The notes beneath the pieces are model-generated. The model made no database searches and was not told the origin of the DNA. It saw only the letters and a program-made list of their open reading frames with translations. Of a DNA stretch of 64,000 nucleotides, positions 45,297 to 57,949 are shown one piece after another; the stretch's first letter is position 1; the number at the start of each line of letters is the position of its first letter. The translations under genes and the position numbers were made by a program. Origin of the DNA: Utricularia gibba (taxonomy: Eukaryota; Plantae; Magnoliophyta); NCBI GenBank assembly GCA_002189035.1, contig NEEC01000007.1, positions 3,100,001-3,164,000 on the forward strand, written 5' to 3'.

Positions 45297-47492
45297 ATGG
45301 ACAGAAAATCTAGCGCACTGAACACCTCTGTAGTTCGTTCCAAGTACTCGATTCCGGAGGAATATATCATTTCTTAGGCCAAGGACGCCCAGATTCCCTG
45401 GGGGTCTGGGGAAAGGCCTCTTCCCCGTTCAGTCTCCCCATCCCCATTGCCTATTTGGAAAACGGCCTCCGATTTCCGCTCCATCCCCTACTCGTTCAGT
45501 TTCTTCACATGTTTGCCATCCCCCTCTATTGCCTGGCCCCGAATTCGATTTTGTGTTTTACTACCTTCTTGTTCTACTTGGCGGGTATGGATCCGGCAAT
45601 GACCCTAGTGGACTTTTTCCAGCTCTTTAAAGTTGCAGTCTGGAAAGCTAAGCCCCCCGACACCCACCACGACTGGTGGTCTTCCTTCATTTGGGTTGCT
45701 CCTCCCATAGGAGCTAGATGGAACTTCCCGATTAAGCCTCCCAATCCCTTTGAGATTAAACCATTCAGCCGCTTTCGTCCTTCTAACGATTCTCGAAGAG
45801 ATGTGTATCAGAGGCTCAACAAATGCTTTGAGAAATACGAGTCCTAGTCCCAAATGCTCTCGCGAGATACATTGACTGCTTGTGAGATCCTTGGCCACAC
45901 TCAGGGCGGGCCATGGTTTGATTTAATCATTCCCCCGGGTTTTGAGTTAAAGTTTCTTCATCTCTTTCATTCTCCACCCGATATCCTTGTCATTTCTAGT
46001 ACACCTCCCACTTCCGATCAAACAATCCCATTTCCATCCGACCCAGTTCCTAAATCTTCTGCTCACCCTTCACCTCAAAAGAAAAGAAAAAGGTTTAAGG
46101 TTCGCATGCAGGAACCTTCTAAAAGGCACAGAGGAATTCAGGTTCTGCCTCCCCGAATTGTAGTATTTTTTATGGCATTTCACCATCCTTTCAATTTTCA
46201 AATGCAGTTGAGGAATGGCACGGAGAACCGCCTTAGAGGATTCGGTGATGGCCCGTTTCATTGCCGAGATGCAAAGGGTGCAAGAGTCTGATACCGCCCC
46301 TTCCCTTCAGGTTTGTTTTATATGAACCATTATGATGGGTTCCCGATTTTTACCTCGTTAACTTTCTTTCTAGGCTGGATCCCTCGAGGCTCATTTAGAT
46401 GCTGGTGATCACGTCTCCGAGGGGGATCAGGTGATCGAGGTCTCCGAGGTTCGGGAGTCCACTCCTCTTCCTCCAATGGGGAAGGGAAAAGAGAAACTCT
46501 TTCTTTCTCCTGATCCTGCTGACCTCCTATTTCTTGGTACGGAACCCTTCTCGGCTGGTGCCTCTACATCGGCTCCCCGAATGAAAGTAGAGGGGATTCT
46601 CCCCCTGCTAATGAGATAAGAGAAGATCCTGCTCTTCCGTCATCTTTGTTTCCCCCTGAGCTGCGAAGGGCCCTGGAAGAAGTGACCCCAAGTCTCTTAG
46701 GGGTCCAGCCAGAGGTCATGCTCAAGGGGATTTGGCAGGTTTTCCTCTTCTGTTTTGGAGTTGTGCGCAGTGCGTTTCTAACTCGACGGTCTTTTTAGGC
46801 TCTGACTTTTGGATGGGGCATGGCCAAGGAGATGGGGTCTCATTCGGAGGAAGTTTCTTGGCTTCAAGCTCATGTGGTGGCTCAGGAAGCCAAGATTAAG
46901 CTGCTGGGAGAGGAAGAAAGTTCGCTGAGAATGATTCTCGGAAAACGTTTCCATCAGGAGGAGGAGTTGCAAAATATAGTAGATGAAATGGGGAAGGCAA
47001 TTGATGATGCCAACTCTGAAAAAGGAAAGCTTCAAAATGCGTTTTGAGGAGGTGGAGGCAGAGCTGAAGCAAACCAAGGATCGTGTTTTGACCTTGGAGG
47101 CCGAGTTGCTTGACCAAGAGGTGTCTCGAGGGAGGCTTTTAGAAGATTTTGTCAACTCGGCTTGCTTCTCCGAGTTATCAGACATCTACACCGGGGAGTT
47201 TGGACTATATCGGCAAAGGCATCAAATTAGCCGGGAGTTTGGACTATCAATCATGGATCCACGCTTCGAAAGGGTCAACCCCTTGACGAAGGATGAGAAC
47301 ATGCTTGATGTCATCGTGGACGTTCATCCTGCTCCTGAATTTGGATTCGAAGCTGATCGGGAACACCTAATTGCACTCATTCGGGGGAGGATCGGGCGGG
47401 AGAATGAGGTCAAGCTGCGGGCGAGGCTACAGGGTCACGTTGGCCTCTTAGTTGGTCCTCCTACTGATCTCTCTCCTTCTCCTGAACTTTAG
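45297..47492 (+). pseudogene. Antisense additional gene of the Tat element (Transposase_28/TRP28-like N-term, basic NLS-like motif, coiled-coil C-term), spliced, decayed
   Basis: AYLENGLRFPLHPLLVQFL...LAPNS; QKKRKR; GT-AG introns 46311-46373 and 46739-46798 whose acceptors open directly into downstream ORFs; coiled-coil FEEVEAELKQTKDRVLTLEAELL; TATAAATA 45019-45026; premature stops and frameshifts. Confidence 0.7.
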
Positions 47493-47689
47493 TTTCTTTT
47501 TCTTTTCCATCACTCTCTTGGAGCTAACATTTTTGTCCCTGATTTGGGGTTTAAACGGCTTGAAATTCCCCAGGTTTGGGGACGTGACTTTGTTCGTTTT
47601 TGGGAGAATTTTCCCCCTCTCGTGTTGACTTGATTACTTTTCCTAATTTGAAGGTTTTTTTTTTTCGCCAACCGTTGGGCTGGGCTTTT

Positions 47690-48560
47690 CGCTTAAGTAT
47701 ACTCGCGCGATTGTTGCTAAGGATGTAACTCGGAACCCGTCTTAGGTTGAGTTACTTCCCTAATTCGAATAGGTCCTCTTCTGGTCAGATCCATGCTTTG
47801 GAGGTATAGTCGGATCTACTTTGGGTGCATTTGCCGTTTCGAGATTCGACAGCACGAACTTTACTTAGAGCTTTTTCGGGGCTTACGTGAATGGTTAGGG
47901 GGAACCAGTGTGCGAGTTGTACCAGGGCTTACCCCTTCTACTAGTGGCTGGGTTTTTGAGATCACGTATTTCGGGGAGAGCCCCTTTTAGTGTATGTGTT
48001 CTAGACACAATCAACTCATTGGCAAACCCAACAGCCCCGATTCAATTTGTTGTGCTCATCGCGAGGCTTAGATTGAGAGGGTTTGCATGGGCTCACTTTA
48101 CTCAGAGGTTATGTATCCTTTACCAACCATTTGGTTGGGCTTTTTTATTTGCCTTAGTCGCTCCTTACGCGAGCGGGACCACTGCTAGGGAAGTGGATCA
48201 GAACCCCTCGCGGGTTGAACGACTTCCCCAATCCGAATGGGCCCTCTTCTGGCCTAAATTCTATTGTTTTAACATGGACGGATTTGCTTTGGGTGCTCTA
48301 GCCGTCTCGAGATTCGGTAGTAAGGTTTGTACCTAATGGCTTTTTCGGGGTTTATATGATCGGTTTGGAGAAACCGGTGCCCGAGTTGTACCAGGGCTTA
48401 CCCTTATCATTGGGGCCTGGGTTTGGAGGAGCACATAATTCGGGGGGAGCCTCGATTTGGTTTGCTATGCCCATCGGGGGGCGCAGACTTAGAGGATTTG
48501 CCTGGGCTTATGTGACACTGTTAGGGCTTATGAATTTGTTAACTCATCTCCGCTTTGGAG
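47690..48560. repeat. About 469-bp tandem duplication in the Tat 3' internal region
   Basis: CGAGTTGTACCAGGGCTTACCC at 47913 and 48382; CCTCTTCTGG, CTTTGGGTGC and GGCTTTTTCGGGG-like blocks recur at the same spacing. Confidence 0.8.
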
Positions 48561-48849
48561 GAATATATAGCTCAAGTGTTTTGGTGAAGAAAATATCGAA
48601 ACCTGTGAGAATTCGTGACGGAGATTGATATTGGGTAGGTTAGGCGTAGAATTCCTTCAGATGTGATGCATTCCATGACCTTGGAAACTCCACGCCATCT
48701 AGCTATTTTAGATGATAAGCCCCTCTTCCGATTGCTCTCGAAATCTGATAAGGGCCTTCCCAATTGCGATCTAATTTTCCCACATGTCTCTGTGGTTGGA
48801 TGCTTTGGAGCACCAAGTCTCCTTCCGAGAATTCTCTTGAGGATACAGA

Positions 48850-51800
48850 TTTGTTGTAATTCTTTTCCATTCTTCTCTGGTAAGCCTCTAATCAGCTGTA
48901 AATACTCTGTCTTTTTTCCTTCAACAACTCTAACTCCAGTCTTCGTAGATCGGCATTTTCCTCTTCGTCATAGTGTTCCACCCTATAGCTCTTCAGTGTT
49001 AATTCGATTGGGCATACTGCTTTCGATCCGTAGACCAATAAGAAAGGGGATTCTTCTGTAGTAGTTCGGGGGGTGGTGCTGTATGACCATAACACCTCAT
49101 CCAGCCGGACTGCTCATGACCCTCCGAAATCCTCAAGTTTGGTTTTCATACCTTGTCTGAGCGTTCGGTTTGTTGCCTCTATGAGGCCATTGCTTTGAGG
49201 ATGATAGATCGAAGTGAAGTTGTGCTTGACGGAATACCTATCTAGGAATGCGTCCATCTCCCCCCCCCCCCCACAACAAACTGGGTTCCATTATCGGTCA
49301 CGAGTTCCCGAGGTACCCCGAATCGGATGAAGATGTTTCTCCACAGGAATCAGATGACGGTTTCTTCTGATATTTTTGCCACGGCTTCTGCTTCTACCCA
49401 TTTGGAGAAATATTCAATCTCTACGATGACAAACTTCCTTTGGCCAGAGGTTTGAGGGAAAGGTCTCACGATATCCAACACCTAGCGATCAAACGGGCAT
49501 GAGTGCGATAGAGTGGTCAGGTTGCTTATCGGTTTTCTCGGTATGTTTGCATGATATTGGAATATCTTGCATTTCTTCACTGCTTCAGTAATGTCTTGTT
49601 TCATAGTTGGCCAATAGTACCCGCTTCTCATTGCCTTTCTACATAATGATCATATTCCGACATGACTGCCGCACTCCCTCTCGTGCAAATTGGTAATAAG
49701 CTCTTGAGAATGTTCTTTCCCGATACTAGCATCCATCAAGGATCTTTGATAGAGAATTCCGTTTACTAGCGTATATCTCTTTGCCCTAATCTCCAACTGT
49801 CGGGCTTCCGATTTATTAGATGGTGTTTCTCCGTTTTGTAAGTATCAGATGTAAGGCGATATCCAATCTTCGAGAAGACTTAGCTGCGAAGAGATGTCAT
49901 TTCCTAGTTGTTGGGTAATATGGTTCATTGTTCGCAAGGCTACTGAAGGTTGATCCCGCAATCGGATCGTCACACTCCCTTCTTTTAACTCTAGAAAACC
50001 TGCGGCAAATCAGGCGAGGCTGTTCGCAGATCCGTTTTCCTCGCGTGCCACATGCGACAAGGTGAACTCCTTGAAATTCTTTGCCATCTCCTTCACCTTA
50101 ACACAATACAAAGCCATTAGGGGGTCATGGGTTTCATACTCACCCGAAAACTGTCCTTGCACTAGCCGTGAATCGGTATAAACGTCGAGCTCTGCAACTC
50201 CAAGTTCCTTGGCCATTTTCATTCCTTCAATCAGAGCTTCGTACTCGGCGACATTATTGGAGGCTGGGCTTTGATCGAGGTTCTCAACCCGAATTCGATA
50301 TCCATTGTGCTTAACTCAACTGCCCATTTCGCTACTCTTCCAGAAATTTCAGGTCAAGATAGAATATTCTTCAACGGCTGATTTGTGAATACATGATATA
50401 CCGATCTTGGAAACACGATTTCAGCTTAGTGGCCGTCATCTTCAGAGCCAAGATGAATTTCTCTGTCACTGCGTACCGGGTTTCGGCCGGTAGCAGAACC
50501 TTGCTCACATAATATATTGGTAGGTGTTTTTCTCTCAAAATGGTTGTCAAGACAGTGTTAACCACAATGGACAATATTGATAGGTAGAGCCACTAGAAGT
50601 GGGGGCGATGAGAGATATTCCTTAAGTTTTTTGAAAGCAGCTTGACAATCCTCATTCCATTCTACCGTGTTCCCCTTTCGCAGAGCTCTGAAGAAAGATG
50701 CCGACTTATCGGCCGACCGAGAAATGAACCGCTGAGGGAAGCCAATTTACTTGCGAGACTTTGATATTCTTTGATCGTTCTTGGGGGTCGCATTTCGCAG
50801 ATAGCCTTAATCTTTGCGGGATCGGCTTCGCTCCCTCTCTCCGATACGTAATGTCCAAGGAATTTCCCACTCTGCACCCCGAAGCAGCATTTCAATGGGT
50901 TGAGTTTTAATCCATATGACCGACATAAAGAGAAACAGGAATCCAGATACGCCAAATGATCTTCTTCATTCACTGACTTTACGATCATATCGTCCACATA
51001 CACCTCCATAGAAGTACCGATTTCGGAAGAAAAGATTTGTTCACCAATCTCTGATAAGTAGCCCCAGCATTCTTCAAGCCGAAGGGCATCGCAACATAGT
51101 AGTAGACCCCATCCTTGGTGTAGAAGGTTGTTTTTGGTTGGTCCTTCTCTGTGACGAAAATTTGATGATATCCATAATACGCATCCACGGTGCTCAGAAA
51201 TCGGGATCCGGAAATGGCATCCACCAGTTTATCAATTTTTTGCAAGGGGTAAGGATCCCTCTTACAACAGACGTTGAGATCGGTGAAGTCGACGCACATT
51301 CTCCACTTTCCTCCGGGTTTCGGGACAACAACTCGGTTGGCCACCCTTTCGGAGTACTGAATCTCCTTCACGTAACTAGCTTCCAGTAGCTCTTTTGTCT
51401 TCTCTTTTATAATCCGGTACTTTTCTTCAAAGAAGTGCCGTTGCTTTTGCCGAACCGGTTTCGCACTCGGGTAGGTATCAATACGATGTTCAGCGATAGA
51501 TCGATCAATGCTTACAAAATTTACAACAGTCCAGGCAAAAATATCAACATTCTCCCTCAAATATTCGGCTAACCTTTTCTCAAACCCGGCGTTTAAGTTG
51601 GTGTCAATGCGCCACCTTTTGTGTATCTCCTAGTACTAATTGCAATGGCTTGTACCCCACCAATTCCATTGCTTGTCTAGGAGGTTCCCGAGGTTCCTTT
51701 TCCACCATCATTATTCTCGGCTTCTTTGTGCAGGGATCTCGACAAGAAGACACATAACAGGATCAGGCGGCTGGTTGGTCGATATCCAACGTACAGATAC

Positions 51801-53716
51801 CCCTTGGTGTTGGAAATTTAACTTTTAGATGCACAGTTGAGGGCAACATACCGAATTGGTTGATGACGGGTCGGCTGAGGATGATGTTATACGAGACCTC
51901 CGAATCCAGAATCAAGAATTCTAATCTTTCGATCCGGTTTCGCCCCGCAGCACTGAATGTCATGGGCAAGGTTATCTTCCCGGCAATTTGTACGTCCCGT
52001 TGATCGAATGCGTATAACTCCATGCGGATAGGATGGATATCTCCTTCTTTAGACGATGCAAGTAACTCGGCGACTTCCTTTTTCATAATGTTGCAGGAAG
52101 ATCCCTGATCGATGAGGATCCTTCTTACCTTGGTGCTTCTGCATATCCCTGTTACCACCAAAGGTTCATTTCGTGTGACTAGGCCGATCGGAATGTCTCT
52201 ACAAGAGAAATTGATCTCTTCCTTTTCCCAAGCAGCTTTCTCAATCTGACCTTTCCCAATTTCGAAGATTTCTCCTCTTCTAGCCTTGTCCACATATCTC
52301 TTCCATGCTTTTTTTGGTTTAATCAATTTTGGTCCCCTCGGATACCATATGGATTTCCCGGACATAGGGGGGCTACCTTGTGTCTGGTTGGCGTTTTTTC
52401 AACTTTCTGGTACATCTTGTTCTCTTTCGAGGTTCAAGCCCCTGCTGGCACGCGGGGTTCCCCTTGCTGGTCTTGGGGGGAACTTCGGATATCGGTTACG
52501 TTCATTCCTCGGATGCTCGTCACGTACCCTCTTTCGTTCCGTTATTGGTACGGGGTTCCGTGTCGTGCTGTTTGCCCCGCCGCCAGCATGATATTGTTCA
52601 ACCATCCTTCTCATTATCCGACAGTCGACAGTATTGTGCCTTGTTGTTTTGTGTATCTCACAATAGGTGTCTGTTCTGGTCGGTTCCACCTGATATACTT
52701 CATGGCGCTTATTCGGCCGGGGGCCTTGTTGGGCTGCACTTCTTGCTGCTAAATCGGACGGATTTCTACATGGCTCTTCATCTCAGCCCTGAGGTCTTCA
52801 TCAACTCAGATGTACTTCATGATTTTCCTTAGCAATTCTCCGAGATTTTTCGGTGGGGACTTAGACAAACTCTGCCCCAGTTTCGATGTTCCTAGAGCCC
52901 GCTTCATTATTTCCACCCTCTCCTTCAAATCCAACTGAACATCCTGCGCTAGGCAGTTGAATCGGTCGATGTATCTTCTCAAGCTCTCTTTTCGGTGGTC
53001 ATACTGAATAGAATACAATGCTGCCTTTGAAGGCAGAGCTTCGATGTTGACAGCGTATCGGGTACTGAAGAGCAACACCAACTCCCGATAAGATCCCGCA
53101 CTACACGGTTCTTATTGCTTGAACCAAGTCTTTGCTCCCTTTTGGAGCGAGCAAGCAAACATCTTACATTTCATGGCTTCCGAATGCCGAACCGTGGCCA
53201 TCCTCATGTCAAAGTGGGTCACATGGGATATGGGATCTCCTTTTCCATCGTACGTGGGTAGTCCGTCGGGGACTCTGAATCCCCTCTCTAGTTCTTCCCC
53301 GATTAATTCATCCGAGAAAGGGTCAAAATGCAGTGCTGGGGTTACCGCTGCTCCTTCAACGCTGCTCTTCAGAGCTAGGTCAATATCGGCCAGAATGTCC
53401 CCTCTCCCAGTGCATACGTTCTAATCGAAGGCATCCCTAAAGCCCCTACTCTCTCTTCTCCTTGGTTACGCCTCTTTCTTCGCAACATCTCCTCCTCGGT
53501 CTCAGATTCGGTCTTAGTGTCCAGGGAATATTCCAGAATCAGGGATTGCTTTTCTACCCGTTGTGCGGTTTCAGGTGTCCTCTCCTGTGCGTTGGAGTTC
53601 AACCTCGAAGGTGCCCTAAAGTCGGAGGAGATTTTCGTCAAAAGGGCCTTCAATTGTTCCCTACTGATGACCATAAGGCCGGGGTCTGGCCTCTGTGGAT
53701 TTCTTGAGTGGAACAA
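48850..53716 (-). pseudogene. Tat gag-pol (gag, protease, RT, RNase H, additional archaeal-type RNase H, integrase), disrupted
   Basis: gag LYSIQY...ESLRRYIDRFN (52806-53081); PR RRILIDQGSSCNIM (51763-52365); RT KWRMCVDFTDLN...MPFGLKNAGATYQRLV, EVYVDDMIVKS; RH EKFILAL; aRH EYEALIEG...YTDSRLV...HVAREEN..AN.LA (50010-50290); INT TTPRTTTEESPFLLVYG. Confidence 0.92.
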
Positions 53717-53744
53717 TAGATCTGCCCCACGGTGGGTGCCAAAA

Positions 53745-54290
53745 TGTTATGGGTGAAAATCAACATTGGGATTAGAACCAATCTTTACTTCGTGAAAATG
53801 GCCGGATGTGTCGATTTCGGGTACGGTTTGAATGCGTGGTTTGATGCGGTTTACCGAAATAAAGAGAGGTGAGGACTTTTTACGTGGAAACTGCCGAAGG
53901 ATGGAAAAACCACGAAGCTATCGGAGCTCACCGTAGAAAATCTTCACTAGATGGAGATGAGGGGAGAAAATACGAGTTGGAAAGTTAGGGATCGAACCCC
54001 ATTCTCTTTAGGATTTATTCTCTTTATAGAAGAGGTCGATCTGATCGAATCCTGGAATCTGTAGATGCCGGTTGCTTTTTGCACCTGTTGTACGCACTAC
54101 GACTCTACTCCTAGATAACCGCCGCCTACTCTGCTATTACCGTAATTCGGTCACTTTTTAATCTATCTGAAACGGCCGCTTCTGACATACCCTGACAGTT
54201 ATCGGTCTGTAGGCCTGCGATAGGGTGTCAGAATACCTTTTTGGCTACTTTTCAGGGACTGATTACCTATATTCAATTTATACCCCATCA
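53745..54290 (-). repeat. 5' LTR of the Tat element
   Basis: Direct repeat of 40398-40902; adjacent PBS at about 53723-53741. Confidence 0.93.
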
Positions 54291-55749
54291 AAATGAGAAG
54301 CAAGATATTTCTCTTCTAGAACCACATGAAGATGTCGAAGATATCTCTCTCTTGGAGAGAAATAGAGAAGGAAGAAAGGCAGGAAAAACAAGAGAGAGAA
54401 GTTAGAGAATGGAGTCTCTCCTTCTCCGATGACCTCTCCCTCACTCTCATGTCTCACTCATAGAGACCAGATATTCCAACCTCACTCTTCAATCCAAGAG
54501 ATCTCTAACCTATTACAATTGTACTAGATTTTGATGTAGTTTTCAGCTTTCTCATTTAGCTTTATGCATGTTCTTTGTATTTATGTGTCTTTTTATTTTA
54601 TGTACTTCGTTGTGAACTAAAAAATGTTCTCTAGTCATTATCTTAGTCAATGCACTTTGTTTATGCTTTAGCTCTGTGACTCTTAGCTCTTAAGTTTAGT
54701 ATGGCAAATGTTTTAGCACCTCTTTTCCTAATATTTTAGGCACTTTTTCGACCCTACAACTCACTAGCATTGTTTATTTTTGCTTTAATTATTGGTCATA
54801 CTTGTAAGTTGGATTTAACAAGGAGTTTCAAATAGTAGTTTATACGTTAATCACAATTGATAAAAGACTTCTACTAACCTCAAAATTAAAAGCAGAAAAT
54901 AGAGTATACAAATTGTCATTTCAAGCAACAAATAGTGGCCATTTTACTTAATTTTAAATCAAACAGTACAGGCACATATTACAAGTCATCTTCATCTTTA
55001 TGGTTTCTAAGTTTGCATACAAAAATAGTAACAAAAGTAATTTGGCTAAAAAATTCAGATGATAAAATCATTTGAAAAAGTTAAACATTAAAAACAGAAA
55101 ACGAAAAAGGGGTGCACAAGTCATAAAAAAACATAGAGACTAAATTTTCGAAAAATAAAAGGAAGTTTTGCACAGTGCTCCAATTCATCTATCTCTCTTG
55201 CATGTTCTTCTCAATATGCTATTCTTAAGCTTCCTTGATATCAATTTGGGTTTTAGTTACACTTTTGAACGTCAGAGATTAGTTCCAATATTGTGCTAGA
55301 ACTTCTCTTCCTTCATCTTCTTCCACAAAATTTTTCAAAAAACTCTCTTTGAATCCTCATTGGAAAATATCTCTAGGATGAGATATTCTTCCTTCTCTCT
55401 CTATTCACTCCACCCGACATGCCAATGGCTCCTTTCATAATTGTATATGTTTTGCTTTCTTCATTCTTTTACAATGACCTTACTTAACTTTCATCTCAAG
55501 GCAAACCTTGAATTCCTGTTTTGCCACTATACTAAAAACAACTTCATAAATTGGACAAAACACATAGCCCAGCCCAAATGGGCCGAACGCATATAGACTT
55601 GGACGAACACTAAAGCTACCTTGCTATTGGACTAAAGAAAAACAATGGATTAAAACACATTTTTATTGAAAATACTTTAACATGCATGTATTTTGACATT
55701 TTTCCTATTCTAACTCACATAATCCTAACATTAAATTGACTTAAAAGTG

Positions 55750-56040
55750 ATGAAATCTAATATAACATCAACAACCACACACAAGACTGATATAAAGGAT
55801 TTTTTTTGTATTATAAATTAGTTTTTAAGAACCTTCTGGCTTTTATATTTTCTCTAGCTTTTAAAACACCTTTTTATTGAAAATACTATAACATGCACGT
55901 ATTTTGGTATTTTTCTTATTCTAATTCACATAATCTTAGAGTCAGTATAGCTCCAAAGAGATGAATTCAGCTTGGTGATTACTCTTATAAATTTACCAGC
56001 TATTTCTACTTCTAACTTCCAAATTCTGTATTTAACATTT
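55750..56040 (+). mobile_element. Solo LTR-like copy of the 25770-26005 repeat, with an about 80-bp local insertion
   Basis: Shared CTCCAAAGAGATGAA.TCAG, CCAGCTATTTCTACTTCTA and AACTT.CAAATTCTGT; insert about 55858-55937 copies about 55651-55727. Confidence 0.7.
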
Positions 56041-56169
56041 ATTGATGTCTTTTCTTGTTCATCCATATAGTTTTTGGGCTGACTCAGTATTGTGTTCTTA
56101 GAGATAACGTTCATTCCAAAACGATCTTGCAATCAGCATCTCTAATTCAACCAGAATTCCAGTAGTTCC

Positions 56170-57563
56170 TTAGAAAACATAGGAGCAAGCAATAGAAGTT
56201 AACACGGTCATCAACACAATAGAAACGAGGTTCACAGAATTGTTGTCTAGTATGCTGATTCCAGAGATCCTCTTCACCGTCGGCCCCGGTTTTCCAACAA
56301 CCTGCAGAGGTTGAGGTACAGAGATCACATCTTAAGAATTTGGAGGAACCTTACCTCACATTCCTCCCTTCACTGATATGATTTGATTACCTTGTTTCTT
56401 ACGCTGCAGTATCCGCTGTATTGGAGCGTTGCCCCGAGCAGAGAATCTAATACGCTTCCGCAAAGCCCGGCTAAACTCGAAATGGGAATCAGCAGCAGCT
56501 GTTTAAGAGCTACATCTAGGTTGCAGCTGGTGGTGATGAATCCTAGAACAACGTATGTAAGTCCAATCACACCTCCACCAGCTGCAGCTGCTAGAATTCC
56601 TGCTCTTGTTACACCTCCATTTGTGCCCCTTCGAACGGGCTACTAAAAAAGATGGCATACAAAGCATGAGCAATAAGAAGAGAGACAACAGAAAGGTATT
56701 CATCTACAAAATAATGATAAAGCAGAGGATACACTACCTTGAGGGTTGTGATAAGGACTGGCTGCTCGTTGCTGAGAACCCCGAGCTCAGACGACCATGT
56801 GTCCCTGTTGCAACAGCAGTAGTGGCCAATGATACCGCCGGCTAGTGAGGTCAAAAGGCTTGATTCTTTTGAATTTAGACAATAGTCCTGAGTTCCCATC
56901 AACTTCCTGGCGATTGCGGCCAAAATTGTTGCTATCCCACTGTTGGACAGAACTTGTTTCCTGGAAATAACCTCACCATATTTCCAGAAACCGAAGAGAA
57001 AAAAAAGAACTAGAACGTGTAAACAACCATACGAGTCGCATGTGCTTTCAATGCTAACACTTTTTCTAGTTCGTTCCACTTCAGTTATGCAAGAACCTAA
57101 GGAACTATAATCAAAATCCCAGATGTGGATCACTGAATGAACTCTTCTCAGAAGGTAAGCATCACATTGAAACTCATAGAGGCACTTTTTGCTCTCCTAC
57201 AGGGAAAGAGTGTTACCAATTCCGTTGACCACCTTCCTTAAAATCAGCATCAACCTTCTGCTTCTTTTCCTCTCCATACTTTGTGAGGAATGAAGAAGTG
57301 AAAAAAAAGACAAGCAACACTGCTCCAAATCTGACAGTTTATTTCAATGATCTAAGAGAAGAAAGCAGCAGCTCAAGAATTCACTGCACACACCAGTATT
57401 CAATATAAAAAGAAGACCTGTAATTAACTGCTAAATGAGTGGCCATCACGATGACTCCAGAAACAGCCCCGCTAAGATCAAGAGACTTCCTTTTGTATGC
57501 TCTTGCAGCTATGGCAGCTGAAATCACCACAGCAACCACCGGCTGAAAAAAGTTGGATTCCAT
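56170..57563 (-). CDS. PGR: Protein PGR (DUF92/TMEM19 family membrane protein), 5 coding exons, intact
   Basis: MESNFFQPVVAVVISAAIAARAYKRKSLDLSGA / FGAVLLVFFFTSSFLTK...DADFKEGGQRNW / QVLSNSGIAT...HYCCCNRDTWSSELG / PVRRGTNGGVT...GLCGSVLDSLLGATLQYSG / VVGKPGPTVKRISG...LDNNSVN; 5'UTR introns near 57716 and 57883. Confidence 0.92.
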
Positions 57564-57949
57564 CCTAAAATACAAATTGCTTGTTCAGATATCCCCTTTT
57601 ACACCCATTGAGAGTTGTCAGATTTTGAGGAAATGGCAAACAAATCAAAATCGTTCCATGATTAACAAGAGACAGACCAACAATAAATGAAAGCAATGGC
57701 AAACAGATTTCAGATTACCTAACAAGATAGCAAACAAAATTTCAAGTACCATCTTCGCAACAGCACCACACTTAAATAAAAGCTTATTATACTCGAATTT
57801 AGCATTAAAACCAACCAACATGAACTCAAAACACCTTTAATGGTTTCAGCGAAACCAGAACGGATGCCACTGATCACGTTTACCTGAAACGAATCAGAAA
57901 ACAATCCAGCGAAACACCCACTCGTGCTCCGACTCCCTCCACTGGTACA

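Larger units (their letters stand above)
40398..54290 (-). mobile_element. Full-length Ty3/gypsy Tat/Retand-type LTR retrotransposon (13.9 kb including nested hAT)
   Basis: Direct LTRs 40398-40902 and 53745-54290 (TGTTATGGGTG...TACCCCATCA); 5-bp TSD AAATG (40393-40397 / 54291-54295); PBS TGGCACCCACCGTGGGGC; gag-PR-RT-RH-aRH-INT on minus strand; long 3' region with antisense ORFs. Confidence 0.95.
40134..54760. mobile_element. Older LTR-like element (40134-40397 plus about 54296-54760) split by the Tat insertion
   Basis: Starts TGATATATCATTTTTATTG right after the gypsy integrase; sequence reads continuously across the AAATG TSD; right end approximate. Confidence 0.5.

Noticed and set aside
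49260-49272. Long C homopolymers in retroelement coding remnants (also about 37587-37600), plus (CA)n at 11814 and (AT)n at 39661
   Set aside because: Ordinary slippage or assembly-length uncertainty; no functional evidence.
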